Origin: Candidatus Bathyarchaeia archaeon | GTDB taxonomy: Archaea; Thermoproteota; Bathyarchaeia; Bathyarchaeales; Bathycorpusculaceae | Length of the DNA stretch: 64,000 nucleotides | Assembly (NCBI GenBank): GCA_038882955.1 | Contig: JAVZNC010000004.1 | Span: 1-64,000, forward strand | Direction: 5' to 3' | Shown here: one piece after another, positions 9,460-21,793 of the stretch | Layout of the letters: each line of letters begins with the position of its first letter | Position numbering within the stretch: the first letter of the stretch is position 1 | Translations under genes and position numbers: made by a program | The notes under the pieces: generated by a model | Database searches by the model: none | What the model saw: the letters and a program-made list of their open reading frames with translations, nothing else | What the model was told of the DNA's origin: nothing

Positions 9460-10497
9460 GTGATGCAAATGAAGGTTGGAGTGTTAAGCGGTGGTGGAGA
9501 CGCGCCGGGCATAAACGCTGTTATAAGGGCTGTTGTTAGGAAGGGTATTAGGCATTATGGTGATGAGATTGTTGGCATAAGGGATGGCTGGTGGGGGCTT
9601 TTAGAAGGCGAGTATTTGCCGCTTGACCTAAAGTCTGTTTCTGGCATTCTTCCACGTGGAGGTTCAATTTTGGGCACTTCTAGGACGAACCCGTTTAAAC
9701 GTGAAGGTGGACCAGAAAAGATGATGGCTAACGCGGAGAAGGCTGGGATAAGCGCTGTTGTTGTTATTGGGGGAGATGACACTTTAAGCGTTGCTCATAA
9801 GATGGGCGATTTTGGGTTAAAGTGTGTTGGCGTGCCAAAAACGATTGATAATGACTTGTCTGGCACGGACTACACTTTCGGCTTTAACACTGCTGTTTCG
9901 ATAGCTACAGAAGCCCTTGATAGACTGCATACAACAGCTGAAACCCACCGCAGAGTCATGATTCTAGAAGTTATGGGACGATACACGGGTTGGATAGCCC
10001 TAGAAGCTGGAATTGCCGGCGGCGCGGATGTTATACTTATTCCCGAAAAGCCGTTTGATGTGGATGAGGTTTGCGATTACATAAGGCAGAGGCACGAAAG
10101 AGGGCGCAACTTTAGCATAGTGGTCGTTGCCGAGGGCGCAAAGCCAAGGGGCGGCAAAGAAGTCATTTACAGCGAAAGCATAGACGAGTTTGGGCACATA
10201 CGTCTTGGCGGTGTTGGCTACTATCTTGGAAAGGAGATTGAAAAGCGATTAGGCATAGAAACACGCGTTGTTGTTTTGGGGCACATCCAACGTGGCGGTT
10301 CGCCGACAGCCTTTGATAGGATACTGGCAACACGTTTTGGAATAGCCGCGATAGACTTTGTTCATGAGGAAAAGTTTGGACATATGGTGGCAATCAAGGG
10401 CAACCGCATAGTCTCTGTCCCATTGAAGGATGTTGTTGGAAAACGCAAAACCGTTGACTTGGAACTTTACGATATAGCGAAGGTGTTTTTCGGCTAA
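9460..10497 (+). CDS. pfkA: PfkA-family 6-phosphofructokinase, PPi-type signature
   Basis: GGDAPG, GGDDT, PKTIDND, EVMGR. Confidence 0.93.
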   Translation: MMQMKVGVLSGGGDAPGINAVIRAVVRKGIRHYGDEIVGIRDGWWGLLEGEYLPLDLKSVSGILPRGGSILGTSRTNPFKREGGPEKMMANAEKAGISAVVVIGGDDTLSVAHKMGDFGLKCVGVPKTIDNDLSGTDYTFGFNTAVSIATEALDRLHTTAETHRRVMILEVMGRYTGWIALEAGIAGGADVILIPEKPFDVDEVCDYIRQRHERGRNFSIVVVAEGAKPRGGKEVIYSESIDEFGHIRLGGVGYYLGKEIEKRLGIETRVVVLGHIQRGGSPTAFDRILATRFGIAAIDFVHEEKFGHMVAIKGNRIVSVPLKDVVGKRKTVDLELYDIAKVFFG

Positions 10498-10505
10498 AGA
10501 AGACG

Positions 10506-11468
10506 CTATGTTGCAAGAACCCTAGCTAACCTTAATAGGTTAAGGTCTAAAGGCTTTTCTTTGCCGCATGACTCTTCAAACTTTACGCTAAGTATTTTGC
10601 CGTTCTGTAATCCAACAACACTGTTTTCTTCGCCGTTCAGCAAGAGCCTAACAGCTGCGTCTGCGAATAAGCTTGCGAGAAGGCGGCTTCTAGCGGTTGG
10701 GTTTCCTCCCCTTTGCGCGTAACCCAAGATGCTTAATCTAACCTCTGCGCCCGTGTTTTTCTGAATTTCCGTTGCAAGCTTGCGCGTATCGCCTATGCCT
10801 TCCGCTGCCACAATTATGCCTGAACGCTTTCCCTTGGCGCTGTTCTCGCGTATAACTCTGAAAATTTCTTCTTTCTCCACTTTTTCTTCTGGAACTAGGA
10901 TTACCTCTGCGCCAACGGTTAAGCCTACGGTCGCGGCTAAAAATCCCCTAGTCCTTCCCATAACCTCAACTATGAATATTCTCTCATGTGATATGGCTGT
11001 GTCGCGAATCTTGTCAATTTCAGAAACAGCCGTATTCACGGCTGTGTCAAACCCTATGGTTTCGTCAACGCCATAAACGTCATTGTCTATCGTGGCTGGA
11101 ATCCCAACAATAAGTGCTTCTGTAAACGTGCTAAGTTCCAAGGCGCCCCTGAACGAACCATCACCTCCAATAACAATTAAGCCGTCAACTCTGTTTCGCG
11201 CTAGGGTTTCAGCCGCCCGTTTAAGTCCCTCTTTCCTCTTGAATTCTGGGCATCGCGAAGTTCGCAAAATAGTTCCGCCCAATTGGATTATTCCGCCAAC
11301 AGAGCGCGGCGTCAACCTCACAAAAGCATTGGTCAACAAGCCCTCCCAACCCCTCTCAAAGCCTAAAACCTGCAAGCCTTCTGCATGAGCAATGCGCGTG
11401 ACAGCCCTGATGGCGGCGTTCATTCCAGGCGCGTCTCCGCCACTCGTAACCACACCAACAGTTTTCAA
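10506..11468 (-). CDS. pfkA: PfkA-family 6-phosphofructokinase, ATP-type signature
   Basis: TSGGDAPGMNAAIR, GGDGS, PATIDND, EVMGR. Confidence 0.93.
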   Translation of the reverse strand: MKTVGVVTSGGDAPGMNAAIRAVTRIAHAEGLQVLGFERGWEGLLTNAFVRLTPRSVGGIIQLGGTILRTSRCPEFKRKEGLKRAAETLARNRVDGLIVIGGDGSFRGALELSTFTEALIVGIPATIDNDVYGVDETIGFDTAVNTAVSEIDKIRDTAISHERIFIVEVMGRTRGFLAATVGLTVGAEVILVPEEKVEKEEIFRVIRENSAKGKRSGIIVAAEGIGDTRKLATEIQKNTGAEVRLSILGYAQRGGNPTARSRLLASLFADAAVRLLLNGEENSVVGLQNGKILSVKFEESCGKEKPLDLNLLRLARVLAT

Positions 11469-11556
11469 ACATACTCACCCCGCGACAAGCAAGCGTTGCC
11501 AATCAAAGATAAATGTAGCTTTCAAGTAAAAAGCTTGTTAAGGAGAATGAAGCAAC

Positions 11557-11877
11557 TTGGAAAACACACATATAATCGTAATTGTGACAGCAGCAAGTAG
11601 AGCAGAGGCAGAAAAAATCGCGCATTTTCTACTTGAAGAAAGGCTGATTGCGTGCGCCAACATAATCGGTCCAGCACACTCGTTTTATTGGTGGCGGGGA
11701 AAAATCGAAAGCGCAGAAGAACACGTAATCATAATGAAAACCAGAAAAAGCCTATTCAACAAACTTTCAGAAAAAGTAAAAACCATACACAGCTACCAAG
11801 TCCCAGAAACAATAGCAATTCCAATCGTAAAAGGGTTCAAACCTTACATGAAATGGCTAGAAGAAAGCCTAGGGTAA
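11557..11877 (+). CDS. cutA: Divalent-cation tolerance protein CutA
   Basis: LIACANI..S.Y.W.GKIE..E..MKT; HSYQVPE. Confidence 0.93.
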   Translation: MENTHIIVIVTAASRAEAEKIAHFLLEERLIACANIIGPAHSFYWWRGKIESAEEHVIIMKTRKSLFNKLSEKVKTIHSYQVPETIAIPIVKGFKPYMKWLEESLG

Positions 11878-11910
11878 AGTTTTATAGTTTTAATATGCTC
11901 ATGAATGTTT

Positions 11911-12230
11911 GGCGGTGGGTCTTAGGCGGGGGGCTAGGGGTCCCCTGTACCGTAAACCCTCTATAGGACGGGCCGAAAGCTGGGGCTGAGGCGTCTGTGG
12001 ACGCCTAGAACCTCCACTTTCCGAAGCTTTGACTACCCGTCCCTTGGGGCTGGCGGTCGCTGGGCTGCTTCCGTAGGGAAGCTGTCTCCAGCGTTTACCA
12101 AGCGAAACTGGCCAGGCCCGGGAGGGAGCAACCTAAGTTTGGACGTTCGGCGCTCAAGGGGGTGCGGGTACGAGTGTAGGGTTTGGGGGTTAGGCGTATT
12201 CTGGGCGTCGAACCCCAGTGACCCACCGCC
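11911..12230 (+). ncRNA. ffs: Archaeal signal recognition particle (7S) RNA
   Basis: GC-rich 320 nt; ends pair (ggcggtgggtc / gacccaccgcc); helix-8 motif gccaggccc-ggga-gggagcaacc; AT-rich promoter upstream and T-tract after. Confidence 0.93.
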
Positions 12231-12260
12231 TTTTAAATATTCATTGCGCATACATTTGTT

Positions 12261-13790
12261 GTGGTGCGCTGTGTGAGCTTTCGTGAAGACTTTTTGTGGG
12301 GTGTTTCCTCGAGCGGTTTTCAGTTTGAGATGGGTGATGCCACTGGGCAGAATGTGGATGCTAATACAGATTGGTACGTGTGGGTTCATGATGCTGAAAA
12401 CATTAGGCGCGGCGTTGTTAGCGGTGACCTTCCAGAAAACGGCATAGATTATTGGAGCTTGTACGCGAAGGACCATGATTTGGCTAGACGTCTTGGGTTA
12501 AACGCTTATAGGCTTGGCATTGAATGGAGTCGTGTTTTTCCCGAGAGCACAAGGACTGTTGACGTTGGCGTTGAAGTAGCTTCTGATGGTAATCTTTCAA
12601 AGGTCGACGTTGACGATGGAGCTTTGGAAGAACTTGAAAAATTAGCGAACAATGATGCATTAAACCATTATAGGATGATAATAAACGATTTGAGAGAGAA
12701 GGGCTTCAAGGTTTTTGTTTGCCTAAATCATTTTACGCTTCCGTTGTGGGTTCATGACCCAATAACTGCGCGTAACACAAAGCTGAAGCGTGGCGCAAGG
12801 GGATGGCTTGACAAGTCAACAATTGTCGAGTTTACAAAGTATACAGCTTATGTGGCGTGGAAACTAGGAGATATCGTTGACAACTGGGCGGTTTTTAATG
12901 AGCCTATGGCAGTATGCGAGGCGGGCTACATGATTCCAGAGTCTGGTTTTCCGCCTGGAGTAAGCAGCTTCAGAGCTGTCAAAGAAGCGGCTAAAAACAT
13001 GGCTGTCGCATATGCGAGGGCGTATGATGCCATAAAAAGAGCTGATAATGTGAAGGCTGATAGCGGCAGTCCAAGTCCAGCAAACGTTGGATTGATACAC
13101 AATGTGATACCAGCGAAGGCTTTTGATGAAAAGAATGAAGTGCACGTTAAGGCAGCCAAGTTTATGGACAACATGCATAATCACTTCTTTCCACGGGCTG
13201 TGGCGGACGGCTGGCTTGACGAAAACTTCAACGGCGTCAAAGAAAAAACAGAAAAGAAAAACTATTTGGGACAGCGTTTGGACTGGCTTGGCGTAAACTA
13301 TTACACGCGATTCGTGATTAAGGGAAGAAAGTCCTTATTAGCCAAAGTTTTCGCTGGAATTCCAGCCATACCAGAAATAATGCAGAACTACGGTTTTGCA
13401 TGTCAACCCAACAGCAAATCAGCCGCTGGACTGCCAACCTCTGACCTTGGATGGGAAGTTTTTCCAGAAGGAATTGTTGAAGCTCTAAAGAGTATGCAGC
13501 GTTATGGTTGTCCCATTTACGTGACGGAGAATGGCATAGCAGACGCGAAGGACGAGCTTAGACCAAACTTTATTGTCGAACATTTGAAAGCTATTGAGAG
13601 GGCAGTTAGTGAAGAGAAGGTTGATGTTCGCGGATATTTCCATTGGGCTTTAACTGACAATTACGAGTGGGCTAAGGGCTTCAAAATGAAATTCGGATTG
13701 TTCACGGTTAACCTCGAAACCAAAAAGCGTGCAATGCGTGGAAGCGCCAAAACCTACAAGAAAATGATAGAAGAAATGGCAAAAACCTAG
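12261..13790 (+). CDS. bgaS: Glycoside hydrolase family 1 beta-galactosidase/beta-glucosidase (archaeal type)
   Basis: FLWGVSSSGFQFEMG, NEP acid/base, VTENGIAD nucleophile, DNYEWA. Confidence 0.92.
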   Translation: MVRCVSFREDFLWGVSSSGFQFEMGDATGQNVDANTDWYVWVHDAENIRRGVVSGDLPENGIDYWSLYAKDHDLARRLGLNAYRLGIEWSRVFPESTRTVDVGVEVASDGNLSKVDVDDGALEELEKLANNDALNHYRMIINDLREKGFKVFVCLNHFTLPLWVHDPITARNTKLKRGARGWLDKSTIVEFTKYTAYVAWKLGDIVDNWAVFNEPMAVCEAGYMIPESGFPPGVSSFRAVKEAAKNMAVAYARAYDAIKRADNVKADSGSPSPANVGLIHNVIPAKAFDEKNEVHVKAAKFMDNMHNHFFPRAVADGWLDENFNGVKEKTEKKNYLGQRLDWLGVNYYTRFVIKGRKSLLAKVFAGIPAIPEIMQNYGFACQPNSKSAAGLPTSDLGWEVFPEGIVEALKSMQRYGCPIYVTENGIADAKDELRPNFIVEHLKAIERAVSEEKVDVRGYFHWALTDNYEWAKGFKMKFGLFTVNLETKKRAMRGSAKTYKKMIEEMAKT

Positions 13791-13798
13791 AGGGGGTA
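13781..13798 (+). repeat. 18-bp motif aaaaacctagagggggta (copy 1)
   Basis: Identical to 19101-19118; overlaps the stop codon of the GH1 gene. Confidence 0.7.
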
Positions 13799-13893
13799 GG
13801 TACCATTGGTTTTGCGGCAAACCAAAAAATGTTGGAATCTAGAAAATGCTAAATCCCTTTTAGGCACATATCCTACCACCGCAGAGGTTTAAC

Positions 13894-14931
13894 ATGACCC
13901 ACAACGAGATTCGCAAGGATTATCTGCTTGACCGCTGGGTTGCTATAGCCACAGAACGCGGTCGCCGCCCAACAGACTTCGCAAAACAAGAACGCCAAAA
14001 GGCAAAAGTTGCCACTTGCCCACTTTGCCCAGGAAACGAGCACATGACTCCTCCAGCAGTTCTTGTCTATTTAAAAAGCGAAAAGGGCATAAAGAAAGAC
14101 GCTGACAAAAACGGTTTTAGACATAAAGGTTGGCTTGTTCGATGCATTCCAAACCTTTATCCAGCCTTCACTCCACCAGAAGGAAAATCCGAAATTGGAA
14201 AAATCAGCGTAAAGGGACGTTTAAGTCCAGCGGTTGGACATCACGAGGTTATTGTTGAATCGCCAGCACATGATGTGCATCCTTCAGACGCGGAAATCCC
14301 TCAACTAATACACGTTGTTAATGCTTACATTGATAGGCTCCGCGCACTTTCAGAAAAGCCGTATGTGCGGTATGTTTCAATATTTCGCAACCATGGCTTA
14401 GAAGCTGGAGCATCACTTTCTCACGCACATAGCCAAATAATAGCAACGCCTTTAATTCCAAAAATTTTAAAGGAGGAGCTTGCGGCAAGCAAAAGGTTCC
14501 ACCAAAAGAACGAGGAATGCGTCTTTTGCCGCATCTTGAAAGAAGAGGCTTCTGGACCAAGGTTCATCCTTAAAAATAGCCATTTTGTCGCGTTTGCTCC
14601 ATGGGCAAGCGTCCACCCAATGGAGTTTTGGATTCTCCCGAAAAAACATGAAGCTACGCTCCTTGAGATGGAGAAAAATGAAATTGAAGCTTTCGCGGAA
14701 ACCTTGAAGGCTTGTTTAGGCGCGTTAAAGAGGCTTGTTAATGACCCGCCATACAATTATGGTTTTCACTTGGCAGTAAGCGAGGATGCGCGTAAATATT
14801 ATCATTGGCACTTGGAAGTTTACCCAAAACTTGCGATATGGGCTGGGTTCGAAAAAAGCACGGGAATGTACATCAACACCGTGGCTCCAGAAGTTGCAGC
14901 ACAAAGCCTAAAAGAAGCGATATCAGGTTAG
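13894..14931 (+). CDS. galT: Galactose-1-phosphate uridylyltransferase
   Basis: CPLCPGNE, NHGLEAGASLSHAHSQI (HxHxQ), YHWHLEV. Confidence 0.92.
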   Translation: MTHNEIRKDYLLDRWVAIATERGRRPTDFAKQERQKAKVATCPLCPGNEHMTPPAVLVYLKSEKGIKKDADKNGFRHKGWLVRCIPNLYPAFTPPEGKSEIGKISVKGRLSPAVGHHEVIVESPAHDVHPSDAEIPQLIHVVNAYIDRLRALSEKPYVRYVSIFRNHGLEAGASLSHAHSQIIATPLIPKILKEELAASKRFHQKNEECVFCRILKEEASGPRFILKNSHFVAFAPWASVHPMEFWILPKKHEATLLEMEKNEIEAFAETLKACLGALKRLVNDPPYNYGFHLAVSEDARKYYHWHLEVYPKLAIWAGFEKSTGMYINTVAPEVAAQSLKEAISG

Positions 14932-17018
14932 ACTGTTTTCTGCATCGTTATTTCTCTTTCATGTTTTGGTCTAATTTGCAGCACGTCTTCAACATAAGCC
15001 CTCAGAGGTTCGGCTATGCTCCATGCTTGGGCTATGCATCCACGCGGACTATGCGGAGCATCGCCATCAAAAATCTCGCTTATAACACCAAGCCCAGCCC
15101 TATAGTTTTGCTCCGTGAACAACGGCAACAAAAAGCGCAAGGCTTGTTCTCGCCTGTACTCTGCGTAGCCCTTAACCTTAAGAAACGCTGTTATAAACGG
15201 TCCCAGAAGCCAAGGCCAAACCGTGCCATTATGGTAGGCTTTGTCTCTGCTTCGCCTGTCGCCTGCATAAACGCCCACATATTTAGGGTCGCTTTTTGCT
15301 ATTGTTCTTAAGCCGTAGGGCGTTAAGAGTTCACGGTGGACGCAATCGACAATTTTTTCATTTCTCGCCTTATCAAGCATGGTGTAATCCAGCGAAACGG
15401 CAATTATCTGGTTAGGCCTAAGCGAGTTGTCCTTCACGTTTTCGCTTACAACATCGTACAAGTAGCCTTTTTCTGGTATCCAAAAGCTATCGGCAAAGCT
15501 TTTTCGGGCTTTTTCTGCCAAGCGTGCGCATTTTTCAGCAATGTTTGCCTCAGCGTACTCTAGCGCCAAAAGCTCCGTGACCTTAAGCGCGTTAAACCAT
15601 AAGGCTTGAACTTCAACAGCTTTTCCAAGTCTCGGCGTGACCGCTTGCCCGTCAACAACGGCGTCCATCCATGTAAGTTGGGCGTCGTGCAAAACCTGTC
15701 CATCATCGTCCACGCGTATGTTCTGTGCCCTTCCAGCAGTGAACCTTTCAACAAGTGCCTTTAACGTCTCCCACAAATTTTCTTTGACGAATTTGAAGTC
15801 TCCAGTGTACTTTAGGTACTGAAGTACGGCATTCACAAACCACAATGGCGCGTCAACAGAGTTGTAGACTGGTTGACCGTGAACGTCTGATATGAAGTTT
15901 GGGATAAGCCCGTCTTTTGCGTGTTCTTTAAAGTTTAGGAAAACTTTTCTTGCATCCTCAAATCTGCCAGTTAAAAGCATAAGTCCAGGCATTGAAATGA
16001 AAGTGTCTCTTCCCCAACATTCAAACCAATGGTAGCCCGCTATAACGGATTTGCATGTGCCACTCGTACTTTGAACTATGAACTTGTCTGTTGCCGAAAC
16101 AAGCCAGTTTAACCAATCGCTGGCGTTAATTGCTGGATGCGCCTCGTAAAATTTCAAAATTAAGTCTTCGAGGCGGTTTTCCTCGCGCTTTTGCATTATT
16201 TTCAAGTCATAAGCGGTTAGGGGAGTTTCCTCCAAAAACTTTCCAACGTAGGCTTCATCCTTATCTGCAACAGCAACAACAGCAAAGCTTTCAGTTTTAT
16301 CCGCATCAACGATAACCTCAAAGAACCCACTTTGATAGCAGTCTTCTTGGCAGCTTTCTCCACGCGCGGCTTCCTCACGATAGTATGCGCCTTCAATCCA
16401 CCTTCCAGACGCGAGGTAGCGTCCATTCGAAGCGGCAAGGGCAAGAGCCAACGTGCACCGTGGAGTCTCAAAATGTAAAACCGTTTCTTTCTCACTGTAT
16501 TTTTGGGTTAGGTTCCATGAATTATGCCATCGGCTTGTCACCGCGTGTATGTGTCTGCAATTCACAAGCGGGAAGACGCGCACTTTAACTTCGCTTTTGC
16601 TTTTGTTTGAGACATCGTAAACCGTTACAGCTACGTTTTTCCCGTAAGGCGTAAAAATGGTCTTCTGAAAAGCGACGCCTTGCACTTCATAAATGTATTT
16701 TGGCGTTGGAGAAAGAGAAAACTCTTTTAGATATATGTTTCCACGCGGGAAAATTCTATCCCTAAATTCGTTGACAAAAAGCGGGTAAACGTTTTTCTCG
16801 ATGTGCACCTCCTCGTCCAACTTTGATAGGCATACTGTTCGCTCGCTGGGCGGATTAAGCGCGGCAACAAGTAAACCATGATATTTTCGTGTGTTTAAGC
16901 CTAAAACTGTTGATGAGGCGTATCCGCCTAAACCGTTTGTTATAATCCACTCTTTTTGTAAAGCCTCATCAAACTTTGAGAGCGCTTTATCGTTAAGGCG
17001 TATGGATGGTAAGGTCAT
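14928..17018 (-). CDS. Glycogen debranching enzyme / amylo-alpha-1,6-glucosidase
   Basis: EWIITNGLGGYASST, AGYHWF..WGRDTFIS, LTWMDA, YHNGTVWPWL, QAWS. Confidence 0.92.
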   Translation of the reverse strand: MTLPSIRLNDKALSKFDEALQKEWIITNGLGGYASSTVLGLNTRKYHGLLVAALNPPSERTVCLSKLDEEVHIEKNVYPLFVNEFRDRIFPRGNIYLKEFSLSPTPKYIYEVQGVAFQKTIFTPYGKNVAVTVYDVSNKSKSEVKVRVFPLVNCRHIHAVTSRWHNSWNLTQKYSEKETVLHFETPRCTLALALAASNGRYLASGRWIEGAYYREEAARGESCQEDCYQSGFFEVIVDADKTESFAVVAVADKDEAYVGKFLEETPLTAYDLKIMQKREENRLEDLILKFYEAHPAINASDWLNWLVSATDKFIVQSTSGTCKSVIAGYHWFECWGRDTFISMPGLMLLTGRFEDARKVFLNFKEHAKDGLIPNFISDVHGQPVYNSVDAPLWFVNAVLQYLKYTGDFKFVKENLWETLKALVERFTAGRAQNIRVDDDGQVLHDAQLTWMDAVVDGQAVTPRLGKAVEVQALWFNALKVTELLALEYAEANIAEKCARLAEKARKSFADSFWIPEKGYLYDVVSENVKDNSLRPNQIIAVSLDYTMLDKARNEKIVDCVHRELLTPYGLRTIAKSDPKYVGVYAGDRRSRDKAYHNGTVWPWLLGPFITAFLKVKGYAEYRREQALRFLLPLFTEQNYRAGLGVISEIFDGDAPHSPRGCIAQAWSIAEPLRAYVEDVLQIRPKHEREITMQKTV

Positions 17019-17019
17019 T

Positions 17020-18611
<1,592 letters not shown>

Positions 18612-18684
18612 CTAACACCCAGAAGTTAACAGTAGGCGCTAAAGCCTTATATTATTTAATAGGGCGAAGCTAGAATTACCATTT

Positions 18685-19110
18685 ATGCAAGAAGTTAAAA
18701 TTCGCCGTGCCGTGGAAGAAGACGTTAAGGCTATTCAAGAACTTATAGTTGAATGGTTAAAGTGGGAAATTGAAAGGGCAAAGGCGTTCTTTGACGTTCT
18801 GCATGACGACAACCATATTGTTCTCGTTGCTGAGGCTGATGGACAAATAGCGGGTTTTCTGCACTTACTTTTCTACATCGACATTTTACATGGCGGATTG
18901 AACTCTCATGTGCTTCTCCTATTTGTTAAAGAGGAATATCGAGGAAAACAAGTTGGCAAGAAACTTTTAGACGAGGCTGTTAAGCAAGCAATTGAGCGTG
19001 GAGCCATTGAAATGCATGTAGACACAATATTCGAGGATGCAGCCAGATTCTACCGAAAATACGGCTTTAAAGACGACGGCGTAATGCTTGAGCTTCCGCT
19101 AAAAACCTAG
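18685..19110 (+). CDS. GNAT family N-acetyltransferase
   Basis: FVKEEYRGKQVGKKLL; AARFYRKYGF. Confidence 0.9.
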   Translation: MQEVKIRRAVEEDVKAIQELIVEWLKWEIERAKAFFDVLHDDNHIVLVAEADGQIAGFLHLLFYIDILHGGLNSHVLLLFVKEEYRGKQVGKKLLDEAVKQAIERGAIEMHVDTIFEDAARFYRKYGFKDDGVMLELPLKT

Positions 19111-19118
19111 AGGGGGTA
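19101..19118 (+). repeat. 18-bp motif aaaaacctagagggggta (copy 2)
   Basis: Identical to 13781-13798; overlaps the stop codon of the GNAT gene. Confidence 0.7.
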
Positions 19119-19208
19119 TCCAATTTAACAGTGCGCCAAAACCTAAATTTGACGCCTCGACAAGGTAAAATATGGTTTAACACATAAATTTGTTGGAAAG
19201 CATGGCAT

Positions 19209-20354
19209 ATGCAAAGAACTGGCATCGCACGGCTGCCGCTTCATTATGGCAAAGCACCAAAATGGCTAGTTATCCGAATGCAAAAGCTAGCCAAAGAAAT
19301 AGTCACAATAATTGTTGATGAGTATGGCACGGGCGAATTCCTAAAGCGCATATCAGACCCGTTCTGGTTTCAGGCTTTGGGTTGCGTTTTAGGTTATGAC
19401 TGGCATTCTTCAGGCGTGACAACAGTCGTCACGGGCGTTTTGAAGCAAGCCGTAGTCCCAGAAGAACACGGCATAGCAGTTTGTGGAGGAAAGGGAAAAG
19501 TTTCAAGGCAAGCGCCTCTGGAAATAGCGAGAATCGGCGAAAAGTTCGGTTTTTCCACAAGCGGCATTGAAAGTTTGCGATATGCAAGCAAGATGAGCGC
19601 GAAGGTGGATAACACTGCCATCCAAGCTGGCTATCAGCTTTATCACCACGCTTTCTTTGTTGCTGAAAACGGCGAATGGGCTGTAATACAGCAGGGCATG
19701 TGTCCCCAAGACAGAACGGCTAGACGCTACCACTGGCTTTCAGAAAGCGTCAAAAACTTTGTGGATGAGCCGCACAGCGCCATTGTAGGCGACGTTAGGC
19801 GTGAAATTGCATTGGACATGACAGCTAACGAAAGCGAGGGTTGCAGAAAAGCCTCCGTGGACATAGCCAAGGAAGAGCCGAAAAGGATTATGCGTTTAAT
19901 AATGTCGATTAGGCCAGCCTACCAAAAATCGCTTCAAGATTGGCTTCCAAAAACCGCTGAAACCGCTTGGCGCGAGTACCCAATAGACGTTTTGTCCATG
20001 CCAGCAAACATAAACTGGAAGGCGCTGCAAGAAGCCTATGAATTTCAGCCACGAAATTATGAAGAGCTCTTGGCATTTAGGGGAGTTGGACCAGCAACTG
20101 TTAGAGGCTTGGCATTAATCGCGGAGCTTATCTACGGCGAAAAACCAAGCTGGAAAGACCCAGTAAAATACTCGTTTGCTTATGGCGGAAAAGACGGCGT
20201 GCCATATCCAGTGAACCGTAAGGCAATGGACGAGTCAATCCAGATGTTGAAGCGTGCAATAGAAGAGGCAAGAATAGGCGATAAGGAAAAGTTGCAGTCT
20301 CTGCAACGGTTACCCAATATGTTCCAGAAAACCATAAAACATAAAAGGGATTAA
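19209..20354 (+). CDS. DUF763 domain protein
   Basis: LPLHYGKAP.WL, DPFWFQALGCVLGYDWHSSGVTT, AYGGKDGVPYPV. Confidence 0.88.
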   Translation: MQRTGIARLPLHYGKAPKWLVIRMQKLAKEIVTIIVDEYGTGEFLKRISDPFWFQALGCVLGYDWHSSGVTTVVTGVLKQAVVPEEHGIAVCGGKGKVSRQAPLEIARIGEKFGFSTSGIESLRYASKMSAKVDNTAIQAGYQLYHHAFFVAENGEWAVIQQGMCPQDRTARRYHWLSESVKNFVDEPHSAIVGDVRREIALDMTANESEGCRKASVDIAKEEPKRIMRLIMSIRPAYQKSLQDWLPKTAETAWREYPIDVLSMPANINWKALQEAYEFQPRNYEELLAFRGVGPATVRGLALIAELIYGEKPSWKDPVKYSFAYGGKDGVPYPVNRKAMDESIQMLKRAIEEARIGDKEKLQSLQRLPNMFQKTIKHKRD

Positions 20355-20357
20355 GGA

Positions 20358-21137
20358 ATGCAGATAATTCCGCTTGGTTCGTCCCTTGAAAACATGTTTT
20401 GGCAATACATAAGCAAAGATATTCCGCATCACTTCTTTTTCGCGTTTGACTGGAAATATAACAGAAACGACACAGAAATCCTGTTAGCCCTTGAGGGTAA
20501 CAGAATCGAGGGGATGATGCTCGTTTACAGGCAAAGCGTGGTCCAGTTTAGAGGAAGCTGCGAAGCTGTAAGGATGCTTCTTGAAAGGTTGAATTTGGAA
20601 AAAATTGAACTGCAAGCTTTAGAAGAGCATGCGCCTTACATTCTTGAAAAATATACGCCGACGGTAACACACAGAATGATGCTTATGATTGTGCGTAGGG
20701 GCGAGGAAAAATCGCAAGTAAAATGTCCAGTTGTCAATTTGGATGCTTCAGATGCTGAACAGATAGCGGCAATAATGAGGGAATCTGACCCTGAATTTTG
20801 GGGAACAGCAACCGGTCAAGGCATTGTTGATGGCATGAGCCGAGGCGTGAAGTGGCTTGGAGTGAAAATTAACGGAAAAGCTGTTTCAGTGGGCAGCATG
20901 CGGATAACCGAGTGGGGAGGACTCATTGGAACAGTTGCCACTCACAAGGATTATAGAAACAAGGGATATGCAGCATCCATAGTTTCAGAGCTTGTTAAAC
21001 AAATGTTGAAGGAAGTGCCATGGGTGATAATCTATGTTTTAGCGGATAATGCCCCAGCAATCCGAGCCTACGAGAAAACGGGATTTAAACATTACAGAAC
21101 ATACTTTTTCATGCGCGGCGAAAAACGCAAACCCTAA
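20358..21137 (+). CDS. GNAT family acetyltransferase (C-terminal FR47-like domain)
   Basis: VATHKDYRNKGYA; NAPAIRAYEKTGF. Confidence 0.85.
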   Translation: MQIIPLGSSLENMFWQYISKDIPHHFFFAFDWKYNRNDTEILLALEGNRIEGMMLVYRQSVVQFRGSCEAVRMLLERLNLEKIELQALEEHAPYILEKYTPTVTHRMMLMIVRRGEEKSQVKCPVVNLDASDAEQIAAIMRESDPEFWGTATGQGIVDGMSRGVKWLGVKINGKAVSVGSMRITEWGGLIGTVATHKDYRNKGYAASIVSELVKQMLKEVPWVIIYVLADNAPAIRAYEKTGFKHYRTYFFMRGEKRKP

Positions 21138-21178
21138 CGAACAACATAAATAGTTAAAAGACGCCTTATGGAAGGTAA

Positions 21179-21793
21179 ATGGAGAACAAACGCATGAGCA
21201 AAAGTGAAGATTTTTGGTTTAGAGCGGCTGCTGTCTGCGGCATACTAACCCCCATAATCGCTTTTACATGCATCTCAACGGCAATAGCGCTGTACCCACC
21301 GTTCAGCTGGACAGACAATGCCCTAAGCGATTTAGGCGTTGTTCAAGGCGCAGTGTCAATAATATTCAATGGCGGCTTAATGGTCAGCGGAATCCTAGCC
21401 CTGGCATTTGCAATTGGAGTGCAAAACTACCTAAACAATAGCGTTATAGGAAGAATTGGAGCTTTCTTGTTTGCGCTTGACGCCATAGCCCTAATCGCAA
21501 TAGGCGCATTTCCAGAAAACACAGCGCCGCACTTCCCAGCATCACTAGCCTTCTTCATGCTTTTCCCCATAGCCATGCTTTTCATAGGCGCCGTCCTAAC
21601 AAAAAAAGGCGAAAAGCTCATAGCGGCATTCTCATTTCTTGCTGCAATCTTTTCAATCGCTGTTTGGGTTTTCCAGTACACCGTAGGCTTTGGAAGGAGC
21701 GTTGCCATACCAGAAACTCTAACCGCGCTTGCTGTTTCTGCATGGGCGCTGGTCTTAGGCTTCAAAATGCTTAAACAACAAAGACCACATTAA
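21179..21793 (+). CDS. DUF998 family membrane protein
   Basis: [17 protein letters not shown], multiple TM helices. Confidence 0.8.
   Translation: MENKRMSKSEDFWFRAAAVCGILTPIIAFTCISTAIALYPPFSWTDNALSDLGVVQGAVSIIFNGGLMVSGILALAFAIGVQNYLNNSVIGRIGAFLFALDAIALIAIGAFPENTAPHFPASLAFFMLFPIAMLFIGAVLTKKGEKLIAAFSFLAAIFSIAVWVFQYTVGFGRSVAIPETLTALAVSAWALVLGFKMLKQQRPH

Noticed and set aside
12033-12476. 147-aa minus-strand ORF
   Set aside because: Antisense to the SRP RNA and the GH1 start; no protein motifs
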